A stretch of 53,086 nt of DNA from Pseudomonadota bacterium (GTDB taxonomy: Bacteria > Bdellovibrionota_B > Oligoflexia > Oligoflexales > CAIYRB01): positions 1-53,086 of the forward strand of contig JANOTL010000063.1 of assembly GCA_031416315.1 (NCBI GenBank), written 5' to 3'. Below the pieces are notes generated by a model, which was not told the DNA's origin, made no database searches, and saw only the letters and a program-made list of their open reading frames with translations. Positions 25,537-35,123 of this stretch are shown one piece after another. Position 1 is the first letter of the stretch. Each line of letters begins with the position of its first letter. The position numbers and the translations under genes are program-made.

Positions 25537-28500
25537 ATGAAAACCGTCACGCCCGACGTCAACTTTCCGCAGATGGAGCACGAGCTCCTCGAGGATTGGC
25601 GGGCGCAAGACACGTTCAAGCGCTCGATCGCACAGCGAAAAAGTGCGCCCGAGTTCACCTTCTACGACGGACCGCCGTTCGCCAACGGCTTGCCGCACTA
25701 CGGGCACCTTCTCGCCAACACGATCAAGGACACCGTGCCGCGTTACTGGACGATGCGCGGGCACTTGGTCGAGCGCCGCTTCGGGTGGGACTGCCACGGC
25801 CTCCCGGTCGAGTTCGAGATCGAGAAGCGGGAAGGGCTCAAAGGCCGGGGCGACATCCTTGCCCTCGGCGCCGCCAAGTTCAATGAGATGTGTCGGACCT
25901 CGGTGCTCGCCTACGCCGAGGAATGGCAGAAGACGATCACGCGCCTAGGCCGCTGGGTCGACTGGGACAATCAGTATCGCACCATGGACCCCTCTTTCAT
26001 GGAGTCGGTCTGGTGGGTGTTCTCAGAGCTCTACAAGAAAGGCCTCGTTTACCGCGACTTCAAGGTCGTGCCGTATTCGCCGCGCATCACCGCGGTGCTC
26101 TCGAACTTCGAGGCGAACCAGAACTATAAAGACGTGCAGGACCCAGCTCTCACCGTGAAGTTCAAGCTTCAGGGCGAGGACGCCTTCATGCTCGCCTGGA
26201 CGACGACCCCCTGGACGCTCGTCTCGAACCTCGCGCTTTGCGTCGGCCCCGACATCGACTACGTCCGGGTTCGCGACACCGAGTCGAACGAGGTCTACTA
26301 CCTCGCCGAAAGCCGCCTGGAAGGCGTCTATCGGAACAAGGGCAAGAAGGACCAGGCACCGTATGAGGTCCTGGCCAAGATGAAAGGCAAAGACCTCGAA
26401 GGGAAAACCTACGAGCCGCTTTTCCCTTATTTCAAGGGCCATCCGAAGTCTTTTCGCGTCCTGACGGACGGCTACGTCACGACCGACGACGGTACGGGCG
26501 TCGTCCATCAGGCGCCGGCTTTTGGCGAAGACGACTTTCGCGTCTGCCGCGCCGCGGGCATCGAGCTCGTCGACCCCGTCGACGAAGAGGGGCGCTTCAA
26601 GAACGAGATCGGCGATTTCAAAGGCCAATTCGTCAAGGACGCCGACAAGGAGATCATCGGCGCTCTGAAGGCTCGTCACCTCGTCCTGCGCCACGAGACG
26701 GTCTTCCACAGCTATCCTTTCTGCGAGCGGACCGACACGCCGCTGATCTACAAGGCGATCCGCACCTGGTACGTCGGCGTGGAGAAGCTCCGCGACCAAC
26801 TCGTAAAAAACAATCAGACGATCAACTGGGTGCCCGAGCACCTACGCGACGGCCGCATGGGGAAATGGCTGGAAAACGCCCGGGACTGGGCCATCAGCCG
26901 CAACCGCTTCTGGGGCACGCCGATCCCGATCTGGATGTGCAGCGAGAACGACAAGCACCTCGACGTCATCGGCGACACCGCGACCCTCGCGGCGAAGTCG
27001 GGCGCGAAGATCGAAGACCTCCACTCGCACTTCATCGACAAGCACACGTGGAAGTGCAGCCAATGCGCCGGCACGATGCGGCGGATCCCCGACGTCTTCG
27101 ACTGCTGGTTCGAGTCGGGCTCAATGCCCTACGCGCAGAACCACTACCCGTTCGAGAACAAGGAGCGTTTCGCCCGCGGATTTCCGGCCGATTTCATCGC
27201 CGAGGGCCTCGACCAGACGCGCGGCTGGTTCTATACGCTCGCCGTGCTCTCGACGGCGCTCTTCCAAAAGCCGGCGTTCAAGAACGTCGTCGTCAACGGT
27301 CTCGTCCTGGCCGAAGACGGCAAAAAGATGTCGAAGCGCCTGAAAAACTACACGGCCCCTGGCCTCCTCCTCGACCGTTTCGGCGCCGACTCCGTGCGTC
27401 TCTATATGCTGAACTCGTCGGTTTTGAAGGCGGAGGACCTGTGCTTCACCGATCAAGGGGTGCGCGATACGACCCGTGCGGTGATCTTGCCGCTTTGGAA
27501 CGCCTACTCCTTCCTCTCCACGTACGCCGCAGCCGATGGCTGGAAGCCGTCCGCCGCGCTTGCGCGAGGCGAGCCGCCGAAAGCTGACCACGAGCTGGAT
27601 CGCTGGGTCATCTCGCGCTTCCAAACGCTTTGTACGCGCGTCCACGAGCAGATGGAGCGCTACCGTCTTTACGCGGTCGTACCGCAGGTTCTCGATTTCA
27701 TCGAGGACCTGACCAACTGGTACATCCGTCTGTCGCGCAAGCGCTTCTGGGGCACGGACGACGACGAAGCGCTGCCGGATGCGGCCGTCGCCACGAAGGC
27801 GGGTGCCACGACGGAAGCCGCAGCGGCTTACGAGACCCTCTACTATGTTCTCTGTAATTTCAGCAAAGTTTTCGCGCCCTTTGCGCCCTTTGTCTCGGAA
27901 CGCCTCTACAAAAATATGACCGATGGCATGCCGGGCGTCCCCGACTCAGTCCACCTTTGCGACATCCCGAATGCGCGCAGCGAGCTCGTCGACGCAGAGC
28001 TGGAGAACCGCATGGATCTCCTGCGTCGCACCGCGATCCTCGGCCGTAGCCTCCGCGCGAAGCACAAGCTGAAAACGCGTCAGGTGCTGCCCCAGATGCT
28101 GGTGATCACCCGGCGTCCGCAAGACTCCGCGGCGGTAGAGCGCGGCCGCGATCTGCTGCGCTCGGAGCTGAACGTCAAAGACGTCTCCTTCACGACGGAC
28201 GAGGCGCAGTACGTGAAGCTGGCGCTGAAGCCGAACCTGAAGACGCTCGGCAAGCGCATGGGCAAGCAGCTGGGCGAGCTCAAGGCGCTCCTGGACGCGA
28301 AAAATGCCGACGATCGCGCGATCGCGGCCGCTTTCCTCGAGCTGGAGACGACCGGCAAGCTCACGTTCCTCGGCCAGGACCTGACGGAAGCGGACTTCCT
28401 GATCGAGCGCGGTCCGAAAGACGGCCGTTTGATCGCCACCGAAAAGGGCCTCACCGTCCTCCTCGACACGCGCCTAACTGATGAGCTGATCAACGAAGGC

Positions 28501-28752
28501 TTGGCGCGCGAAGTCGTGAATCGCGTCCAAAAGCTGCGGAAAGAGAGCGGCCTCGCCGTCAGCGACCGCATCCGTCTCGACGTGCGCACGGACGCGAAGA
28601 TCGCGGGCGCCGTCACGGCCTTCAAGGATTACATCTCGAAGGAGACGCTCGCGACGCAGCTGGATCTAGGCGCCGGCGCCGTGATGCAGCACTCTGCGAC
28701 CTTCGACATCGACGGCGTCGAGCTCGGCATCGGTCTCTCGGTCGTGCATTGA
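25537..28752 (+). CDS. ileS: isoleucine--tRNA ligase, type 2
   Basis: DGPPFANGLPHYGH, GWDCHGLP, EGLDQTRGWF, KMSKR; C-terminal EGLAREVVNRVQKLRK typical of type 2. Confidence 0.97.
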   Translation: MKTVTPDVNFPQMEHELLEDWRAQDTFKRSIAQRKSAPEFTFYDGPPFANGLPHYGHLLANTIKDTVPRYWTMRGHLVERRFGWDCHGLPVEFEIEKREGLKGRGDILALGAAKFNEMCRTSVLAYAEEWQKTITRLGRWVDWDNQYRTMDPSFMESVWWVFSELYKKGLVYRDFKVVPYSPRITAVLSNFEANQNYKDVQDPALTVKFKLQGEDAFMLAWTTTPWTLVSNLALCVGPDIDYVRVRDTESNEVYYLAESRLEGVYRNKGKKDQAPYEVLAKMKGKDLEGKTYEPLFPYFKGHPKSFRVLTDGYVTTDDGTGVVHQAPAFGEDDFRVCRAAGIELVDPVDEEGRFKNEIGDFKGQFVKDADKEIIGALKARHLVLRHETVFHSYPFCERTDTPLIYKAIRTWYVGVEKLRDQLVKNNQTINWVPEHLRDGRMGKWLENARDWAISRNRFWGTPIPIWMCSENDKHLDVIGDTATLAAKSGAKIEDLHSHFIDKHTWKCSQCAGTMRRIPDVFDCWFESGSMPYAQNHYPFENKERFARGFPADFIAEGLDQTRGWFYTLAVLSTALFQKPAFKNVVVNGLVLAEDGKKMSKRLKNYTAPGLLLDRFGADSVRLYMLNSSVLKAEDLCFTDQGVRDTTRAVILPLWNAYSFLSTYAAADGWKPSAALARGEPPKADHELDRWVISRFQTLCTRVHEQMERYRLYAVVPQVLDFIEDLTNWYIRLSRKRFWGTDDDEALPDAAVATKAGATTEAAAAYETLYYVLCNFSKVFAPFAPFVSERLYKNMTDGMPGVPDSVHLCDIPNARSELVDAELENRMDLLRRTAILGRSLRAKHKLKTRQVLPQMLVITRRPQDSAAVERGRDLLRSELNVKDVSFTTDEAQYVKLALKPNLKTLGKRMGKQLGELKALLDAKNADDRAIAAAFLELETTGKLTFLGQDLTEADFLIERGPKDGRLIATEKGLTVLLDTRLTDELINEGLAREVVNRVQKLRKESGLAVSDRIRLDVRTDAKIAGAVTAFKDYISKETLATQLDLGAGAVMQHSATFDIDGVELGIGLSVVH

Positions 28753-29771
28753 ACGGCAAGATCCGCCTTCTCTGCGGCGTTCTCGCCGTATTCCTTGCCG
28801 GGTGCTATGTCACCCGGCAAAGCTTGCGACAGAACGATCTTTACAACACGCGCGTGAAAATCGACGACTTACTCGCGAATCCCGCGACGTCCGCCCAGGT
28901 GAAAGACCGCCTCGTCGTCACGCGCCGTATCTTGAACTTCGCCTCGCGCCATGGCTTGAACACCGACGGCGCGTACCTTTACTACATCCCGATGAAAGAG
29001 CCGGTCGTCTCCTACCTCGTCCAGGCCGCACATGTCGACCGCCTCGAGTCCTACACTTGGTGGTTCCCCGTCGTCGGCCGCGTCCCGTATCTCGGCTTTT
29101 TCGCGAAGCAAGAACGTGACGAGGAAGCGACGCGCCTCGCGGCGCAAGGCTTCGACGTCCACAAGAGTGGCGCCGGCGCCTTTTCGAGCTTGGGATGGTT
29201 CGACGACCCGCTTTTCAGCTCGATGCTTTCGCGCAGCGACGCCGACCTCGCGCATCTGCTCCTGCATGAGCTGACGCATCGCACGTTCTGGGCTCCCGGC
29301 TCGACAAAATTCAACGAGAACCTCGCCGAGTACTCGGGCATCGAGCTCGCCAAGCTCTACCTAGCCGAGTCGGGGACCGATCAGGAAATGAAGCGCTTCA
29401 CCGGCAAGCTCGAGGACAAGCAACTCTTCAAGACCTGGCTCGACGCCTTGAAGAAAGACCTCGAGGCGCTTTACGAGCAACGCTCGACTCGGCCGCTTGG
29501 CGAGATTCTCGCGAAGAAGGAAACGACCTTCGCGCGCTATCTCAACCCACCGGTGCGGCCGGCATTCAAGGCCACCGACTACATCAAAGCTGACGCCTGG
29601 AACAACGCGACCGTCCTTGCCGCCGGCCTTTATGCGCCGGATACGCGCGCCTTCGCCAAGGCGCACGCCTGCCTCCGTCGCCCGAAAATGATCGACTTCC
29701 TGAATGCGCTCAAAGCGTTGACGGATTCCGGCGTCGAGCCTTTCGCGGCCCTCGAGAAGATGTGCGGCTGA
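28749..29771 (+). CDS. predicted zinc aminopeptidase lipoprotein (DUF2265-like)
   Basis: Lipobox LAGC; WWFPVVGRVPYLGFF, AFSSLGWFDDP, HELTH, FNENLA. Confidence 0.82.
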   Translation: MNGKIRLLCGVLAVFLAGCYVTRQSLRQNDLYNTRVKIDDLLANPATSAQVKDRLVVTRRILNFASRHGLNTDGAYLYYIPMKEPVVSYLVQAAHVDRLESYTWWFPVVGRVPYLGFFAKQERDEEATRLAAQGFDVHKSGAGAFSSLGWFDDPLFSSMLSRSDADLAHLLLHELTHRTFWAPGSTKFNENLAEYSGIELAKLYLAESGTDQEMKRFTGKLEDKQLFKTWLDALKKDLEALYEQRSTRPLGEILAKKETTFARYLNPPVRPAFKATDYIKADAWNNATVLAAGLYAPDTRAFAKAHACLRRPKMIDFLNALKALTDSGVEPFAALEKMCG

Positions 29772-29772
29772 C

Positions 29773-30468
29773 ATGTGGATCGACGACGACATTCTGCATC
29801 GCGCGGCTCGGCAGACCACGATCCACTGCTTCGTCCCAGAGAAGACGGTCGTCGTTCTCGGCGCGAGCAACGTCGCCGAACATGAAGTCAACCTCGCGGC
29901 CTGCGTCGCAGACGACGTTCCGGTCTTGAAACGTTACGGAGGCGGCGGCACGGTGGTTTTGCACCCCGGCTGCGCCGTCGTGAGCCTCGGCCTGTGGGTG
30001 CGCCAGCACTTCCAGAACAAGCTCTACTTCGAGCGGGTCAACGGCGCCCTGATCGATTCGCTGGCGCAGTTCGCACCGAGGCTCGCTGACCTCGCCCAGC
30101 GCGGCTTGAGCGACCTCGCTCTTGGTGAGCGCAAGGTCGCCGGCACTTCGCTCTTCCGCAGCCGCAACTACCTTCTCTATCAAGCGTCGATTCTCGTAGA
30201 CCCAAAGATCGAGCTCCTCGAACGCTACCTCGGCCACCCGACCCGAGAGCCTGACTATCGGCGGAGCCGGTCGCATCGCGACTTCGTCGTCGGCATCGGC
30301 GAGGTGGTTCCAGGCCTGACCGCCGCCACCGTGGTCGGCCGGATAAGCGAGTCGCTCGAGACAACGCTGGCAAGGCGCCTAGGGGACGAACTCGCCCCTC
30401 CCCACCTCGACCAACTCGCCGGCCTTTACGCGCGCGCCAATTCGCGTTTGGCGACGACCGTGAAGTAG
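29773..30468 (+). CDS. lipoate-protein ligase (BPL/LPL catalytic domain) family
   Basis: KRYGGGGTVVLHPG, RKVAG and P.REPDYR..RSHRDF. Confidence 0.85.
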   Translation: MWIDDDILHRAARQTTIHCFVPEKTVVVLGASNVAEHEVNLAACVADDVPVLKRYGGGGTVVLHPGCAVVSLGLWVRQHFQNKLYFERVNGALIDSLAQFAPRLADLAQRGLSDLALGERKVAGTSLFRSRNYLLYQASILVDPKIELLERYLGHPTREPDYRRSRSHRDFVVGIGEVVPGLTAATVVGRISESLETTLARRLGDELAPPHLDQLAGLYARANSRLATTVK

Positions 30469-31295
30469 AGCGCGCTCGTCACGGCCGGCATCACGGCCAA
30501 GACGAGGGTCAGGGCCAAAGACTGCCCCACCGAGACCGCGAGGTAAACGGGTCCGAACGGAAGATCGCCGAACCGCAGGTCCCAGAAGCCACGCAGCGCC
30601 GGAAGCTTCTGGTCGAGCGTCAGCACCTGATCGCTGATTAGGGCTGCGATCATGAGTACGACGTAGAAGGTCGCACCCAAAGACAGCAGATGGAACATCA
30701 CTCCCCAGGACGAGAAGGGCGACCCTCGCACGTACTTCAGGGTCACGGTGTCCGTAGAGGCCCTGAGAGCGCCTTTCCCCTCCGCGACCGCTACAACGGG
30801 GGCCACGAGGAGAAGCGCAGCCATGAGGATCGCAGGCGCGACGAGGACCTGCCCAGCCATTCCAAGAAACATGAGAACGACGATCGTGCCTGGCAGCCGC
30901 ACGAGCGCGCGAACGATTCCCTGCCCGAGCGCCGGCAAGATCTTCGGCATCGGCATGCCGCGCAGATGCCGGACCGCCACGTCCATCAAAGCGAGGTAAG
31001 TGCCTAAAATCAAAACGACAATAACCAAAGACACGGCAAAGAATGGGGCTGCGAACGCCAGGGCCGGCGCGGCAATGTCCAAAAAGCTGCCGGCGCGTCC
31101 GGACTCGAAAACCTCGCGCACGCGTAAAGCGGCGGCGCTCCCGGCGAAGTCGAACCAAAGGTCGCTTAGCAGCTCAGGAATCACCAGGCCCGCCAGCGCC
31201 AGAATCACCGTTTGACGCCGCGTCGAGCCGAGGGTATCCAGTGCCTTCTGCCAGATATCCTTGCTGGTCAATTTCGCTGCTGATCCCTGGCTCAT
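30426..31295 (-). CDS. hypothetical multi-pass membrane protein
   Basis: About 6 hydrophobic segments; ATG 31295 preceded by a GGTGGTG-like RBS. Confidence 0.7.
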   Translation of the reverse strand: MSQGSAAKLTSKDIWQKALDTLGSTRRQTVILALAGLVIPELLSDLWFDFAGSAAALRVREVFESGRAGSFLDIAAPALAFAAPFFAVSLVIVVLILGTYLALMDVAVRHLRGMPMPKILPALGQGIVRALVRLPGTIVVLMFLGMAGQVLVAPAILMAALLLVAPVVAVAEGKGALRASTDTVTLKYVRGSPFSSWGVMFHLLSLGATFYVVLMIAALISDQVLTLDQKLPALRGFWDLRFGDLPFGPVYLAVSVGQSLALTLVLAVMPAVTSALYFTVVAKRELARA

Positions 31296-31339
31296 ACCCA
31301 CACCACCACTACCGCTTCGCACCATCACGGAATGAGTCG

Positions 31340-31990
31340 ATGACAGACCGGCTGACCGTCACGGAGATCTACGCCAGCATTCAGGGCGAATCGTCCTATG
31401 CCGGTTTCCCGTGCACGTTCATCCGTCTTGCTGGCTGTCCTCTGCGCTGCCGCTGGTGTGACACAGCTTACTCGTTCGGCGGTGGCCGGTCCATGGACCA
31501 TGCGGAGATCCTTCAGGAAGTCGAGAAGGCCGGAATCAAGCTCGTGGAGTTGACGGGGGGCGAGCCGCTCGCTCAGGCCGGAACGCCCGCTTTGATCGCG
31601 ACGCTCGTGGGCCTTGGTTACAAGGTCTTGATCGAGACGAGCGGCGCGGAGCCGATCGAGACGCTGCATCCCGAGACTCACGTCATCATGGATCTGAAAT
31701 GTCCCGACAGCGGCATGGCCGAAAGGAACCGCTGGGAAAATCTGGCGCACCTGAAGCCGACCGACGAGATCAAGTTCGTCCTCGCCAGTCGCGGCGACTT
31801 CGACTGGGCGGTCGAGATGGTGAAGATGCATCGCTTGGAGGGCCGCGTGCGCCTCTTGTTCTCTTGCGCCTGGGGCCAAGTCGCGCCGAAAGACCTCGCC
31901 GCCTGGATGGTCGCGATGCCGCTTGTCGACGCGCGGCTCCAGCTCCAGCAGCACAAGTACATCTGGAGCCCGCGGGCCAAAGGCGTCTGA
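31340..31990 (+). CDS. queE: 7-carboxy-7-deazaguanine synthase (radical SAM)
   Basis: EIYASIQGE, FIRLAGCPLRCRWCDT, TGGEPL, LQQHKYIW. Confidence 0.88.
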   Translation: MTDRLTVTEIYASIQGESSYAGFPCTFIRLAGCPLRCRWCDTAYSFGGGRSMDHAEILQEVEKAGIKLVELTGGEPLAQAGTPALIATLVGLGYKVLIETSGAEPIETLHPETHVIMDLKCPDSGMAERNRWENLAHLKPTDEIKFVLASRGDFDWAVEMVKMHRLEGRVRLLFSCAWGQVAPKDLAAWMVAMPLVDARLQLQQHKYIWSPRAKGV

Positions 31991-31991
31991 G

Positions 31992-33230
31992 ATGACCTCC
32001 GAAGAGCTTCTCGCCCGCCTGAAAGCCGTCGAATGCCCCGACGCGACCTACCCCGCCCAGAATCCGGCGCTCGTCTTCGACCGCGCTCAGGGCAGCGAGA
32101 TCTTCGACGTCGCCGGCAAGCGCTACCTCGACCTTTGCGCCGGCTTCGGCGTCCTGGCGCTGGGCCATAATCACCCGAGCTTCCTCGACGCCTTGAGTCA
32201 TCGCGGCCTTCGCATCGCGCATGGCATGGGCGACGTCTACGCGTCGCGCGCCAAAGTCGAGTTGATCGAGACGCTGCTTTCGTTGCTTCCCCGCAGCTTT
32301 TCGCGCGTCGCGCTCGCGCTGTCCGGCGCTCAGGCGGTCGAGTTGGCGGTCAAGACCGCCATGCTCGCGACGCGAAAAACGGGCTTTATCACCGTGGACG
32401 AGAGCTATCACGGCCTCGATCTGGGCATCTTGCCGTTGACCGCGCGCGAAGACTTCCGCGCGCCATTTGCCGCGTGGCTCCCGCAAAGCGCCGTCGTCTC
32501 GGTCCCGCCCGATGCTTCGCCGGAAGAGCTCGACGCCGCGCGGGATAAGCTGGACGCCGCGGGTCACGGACTCGCCGCGTTCCTGCTCGAGCCGATTCAA
32601 GGCCGGGCCGGCGTACGCCCGCTCGGTCGGGCCTTCCTCGCGCAAGCACGCGGATTCTGCGACGAGGCGAAAGCCATGCTGATTTACGACGAAGTCTTCA
32701 CCGGACTCGGCCGCACGGGCCGCATGACCTTCGCCGAGGAGATTCCTTGCGATCTTCTGTGCCTCGGTAAGGCTCTCGGCGGCGGTTTGCCGCTGTCAGC
32801 TTGCGTCGGCACCGAGCGCGCGATGCGAGCGTGGCCGGAAAGCAAGGGCGAAGCCCTGCACACGGGCACGTTTTTCGGGCATCCTCTGGCCTGCGAGGTC
32901 TCGCTCGCGACGCTCGCCGTCATTCGCGATGAAAAGCTGGCGCAGCGCGCGAAAGTCGTCGGTGCCGCCCTCAAGAAAAAGCTGCAAGCCGCGCTTTCCC
33001 GTCAGCCGCGTCTCACCGAAATCCGCGGCGAAGGATTGATGATCGCAGTCGAATTCCGCGAAAAAGGTCTCGGCGCGAAGCTGATGGACCAGCTCCGCGC
33101 CGAGGGTTTCATCGCGCTTGCGAGCGGCGGCCAAGGAGAGTCGTTGACCTTGACGCCGGCGCTGACCATCTCCGATGCCGCCATCGAGGAGGCCGTTCAG
33201 GGCCTTATATCTGCGGTTTCCGCCCCGTGA
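31992..33230 (+). CDS. class III PLP-dependent aminotransferase
   Basis: [46 protein letters not shown]. Confidence 0.88.
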   Translation: MTSEELLARLKAVECPDATYPAQNPALVFDRAQGSEIFDVAGKRYLDLCAGFGVLALGHNHPSFLDALSHRGLRIAHGMGDVYASRAKVELIETLLSLLPRSFSRVALALSGAQAVELAVKTAMLATRKTGFITVDESYHGLDLGILPLTAREDFRAPFAAWLPQSAVVSVPPDASPEELDAARDKLDAAGHGLAAFLLEPIQGRAGVRPLGRAFLAQARGFCDEAKAMLIYDEVFTGLGRTGRMTFAEEIPCDLLCLGKALGGGLPLSACVGTERAMRAWPESKGEALHTGTFFGHPLACEVSLATLAVIRDEKLAQRAKVVGAALKKKLQAALSRQPRLTEIRGEGLMIAVEFREKGLGAKLMDQLRAEGFIALASGGQGESLTLTPALTISDAAIEEAVQGLISAVSAP

Positions 33231-33381
33231 AGGCTCCGAAGAGGACCGACACGACGAGAGCGACCAAGAAGACGAAGAAGAGGACTTGCGCGATCGACGC
33301 CGCGGTGCCCGCGATGCCGCCAAAGCCCAAGAACGCTGCGATCAGCGCGAGGACCAGGAAAAAAAGTGCCCATTGGATCAT
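33205..33381 (-). CDS. DUF1328/UPF0391 (YtjA-like) small membrane protein
   Basis: Not in the ORF track (58 aa). Read manually: [68 protein letters not shown]. Confidence 0.9.
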   Translation of the reverse strand: MIQWALFFLVLALIAAFLGFGGIAGTAASIAQVLFFVFLVALVVSVLFGAFTGRKPQI

Positions 33382-33408
33382 GACGGAAATCTCCTTTCGT
33401 CTTCCTGT

Positions 33409-33630
33409 TTAGTGTTTCGTCCGTTCGGCGGGTTCGAGACCTGACATCATCTCGTTCAGGTCGCGGTCGACGGCGTCCTTTTTGAAGCCGTAACGCTCCT
33501 TCATGATGCCGTAAAGCTGCTCCATTTTGCCGTGGGCGACGTCGAAATCGTCGTCCGTGAGCTTGCCCCACTTTTGACGCATCTTGCCTTTGAGCTGATC
33601 CCAGCGACCTTCGATTTGCTCCCAGTTCAT
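33409..33630 (-). CDS. CsbD/YjbJ family stress protein
   Basis: MNWEQIEGRWDQLKGKMRQKWGKLTDDD...ERYG; GAGGAGG RBS. Confidence 0.92.
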   Translation of the reverse strand: MNWEQIEGRWDQLKGKMRQKWGKLTDDDFDVAHGKMEQLYGIMKERYGFKKDAVDRDLNEMMSGLEPAERTKH

Positions 33631-33662
33631 TTTCGAGCCTCCTCTAAGTTCCGCTTCCTCAT

Positions 33663-33678
33663 TGCAAATCGTTTGCCA
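33663..33678 (-). promoter_or_regulatory. sigma54 (-24/-12) promoter for csbD-DUF1328
   Basis: TGGCAAACGATTTGCA, GG-N10-GC spacing, about 30 bp upstream of the ATG. Confidence 0.6.
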
Positions 33679-33820
33679 GCTCGCATGAGCCTCGAAACCC
33701 CGGCACTCCGGGCGTGTCCCGCAGGTGACGCCTCCAATTGGTGACGGCGAAGATGGAATTTCGGGACTCTCACGATGGCCTAAACCGGGTCCAGAGCGGG
33801 TTTCAAGGCCATTGCATCGT

Positions 33821-33836
33821 TGGCACGACAATTGGA
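33821..33836 (+). promoter_or_regulatory. sigma54-like promoter (variant -12) for the divergent lipoprotein gene
   Basis: TGGCACGACAATTGGA: perfect -24 element, TTGG instead of TTGC at -12. Confidence 0.4.
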
Positions 33837-33876
33837 ATACGCCGTCCGTCTTTGAAAACGAATGGAGGACACTCGG

Positions 33877-34509
33877 ATGAAGTTGAAAGATTTTTTGAAA
33901 GCCGGCGCCGCGATCAACCTGGCCTTAGCGATGACGGCCTGCGGCTCCATGGATACGGATGAAAAGGGCAAAAAGGTCGAGCAAAACGATGTCGACCTCG
34001 CCGGCACCTGGGAAACCGACTGCTACGGCGGCGACTTCCTCGGCCTCTCCAAGAGCTCGGCGAAGGTCGTGTTCAGCGCCATCGGCGACTTCGACCGCGT
34101 CAGCACGCTGTTCAGCGGCGACACCTGCGCCGAAAAAGCGCTCCAGCTCTCCGTCTCGGGCACCTATGACGTCGTTGGCGCGGCTCAGGGCGTCGAAGGC
34201 GGCGCCGATAACCTGAATTTCACCGTTTCGAAAGCGACGCTGACGCCGTTCACGGACGGCGCGGTCACGGCGCTCAACGCCGCGAACTACTGCGGCGTGA
34301 GCAACTGGTCGATTGGCGCGGCGGTTGAAATCGCGGCGAAAGACTGCATGGGCGACACCGTCACCCAGGGTGAAGTGGTCCTCGACATTTATCGCATCGA
34401 GCAAGAAAAGCGGCTTCTGCTCGGCGACTCGCTCCTCTGGTTCGACAAGAACAAGCCGACCGAGCGCCCGACGGCGCTCGCCCTCGACCATGTGTTCCAC
34501 AAGCGCTAA
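33877..34509 (+). CDS. hypothetical lipoprotein (Cys-containing, beta-rich)
   Basis: GGAGG RBS; lipobox MTAC; LAGTWETDC start and four Cys in the mature region. Confidence 0.75.
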   Translation: MKLKDFLKAGAAINLALAMTACGSMDTDEKGKKVEQNDVDLAGTWETDCYGGDFLGLSKSSAKVVFSAIGDFDRVSTLFSGDTCAEKALQLSVSGTYDVVGAAQGVEGGADNLNFTVSKATLTPFTDGAVTALNAANYCGVSNWSIGAAVEIAAKDCMGDTVTQGEVVLDIYRIEQEKRLLLGDSLLWFDKNKPTERPTALALDHVFHKR

Positions 34510-35123
34510 GGCAATAGCTTCCAGCGCAGGTACGCGAAAACCTCGCGTGCCAGGCGGTAGGCCCGTCGATCAAGTCGCGGGCCTGCCGTCGTCACTACCA
34601 GCACTTCCGGGTAGCCTTCGGCGCGCGCCATCTCTTCGATTCGGAGCGCGTGGTAATCATGGCTGATGATGATCACCGGACCGTTGACGAGAACATGGCC
34701 CTGAGCAGCGAGGACCGCGCGACTCATGCGTAGATTCTCGCGGGTTGACGTCGAGCGCGATTCCTCATGCAAGACGTCCCGGGGTACGCCTTGAGCCGCC
34801 AGCGCGTCGGTGATGGTCACCGCCTCCGGCTCCCGCTCATCGCCGCCCTGCCCGCCGGAGCCGACGATGAAGGTCAAATAGCCTTCTCTCCACAGCTCCG
34901 CAGCCAGGTCGACGCGGTCGAGCACGGGATTGTTCGCCGCGGGCCCCATCCCTAAGACGATGGCGGGGACTCGCTGCTTCAACTCCACGAGCGAGACGCG
35001 CGGTCCGGGCCAACGCGTGCGGTCGCCCATCGTCGCGACGTGGAAAAGCACCTGCGCGGCCCCGAGGGCCGCCGCGATGACGGCGACGCCCCCGACGACC
35101 GCAGCGATGCGCGCGCGGTTCAT
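34506..35123 (-). CDS. YdcF/DUF218 (ElyC/SanA-like) protein
   Basis: IVLG, SGG.G..E..EA, ESRSTSTREN, SHDYHALR, RE..A; TGATG coupling to valS. Confidence 0.85.
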   Translation of the reverse strand: MNRARIAAVVGGVAVIAAALGAAQVLFHVATMGDRTRWPGPRVSLVELKQRVPAIVLGMGPAANNPVLDRVDLAAELWREGYLTFIVGSGGQGGDEREPEAVTITDALAAQGVPRDVLHEESRSTSTRENLRMSRAVLAAQGHVLVNGPVIIISHDYHALRIEEMARAEGYPEVLVVTTAGPRLDRRAYRLAREVFAYLRWKLLP

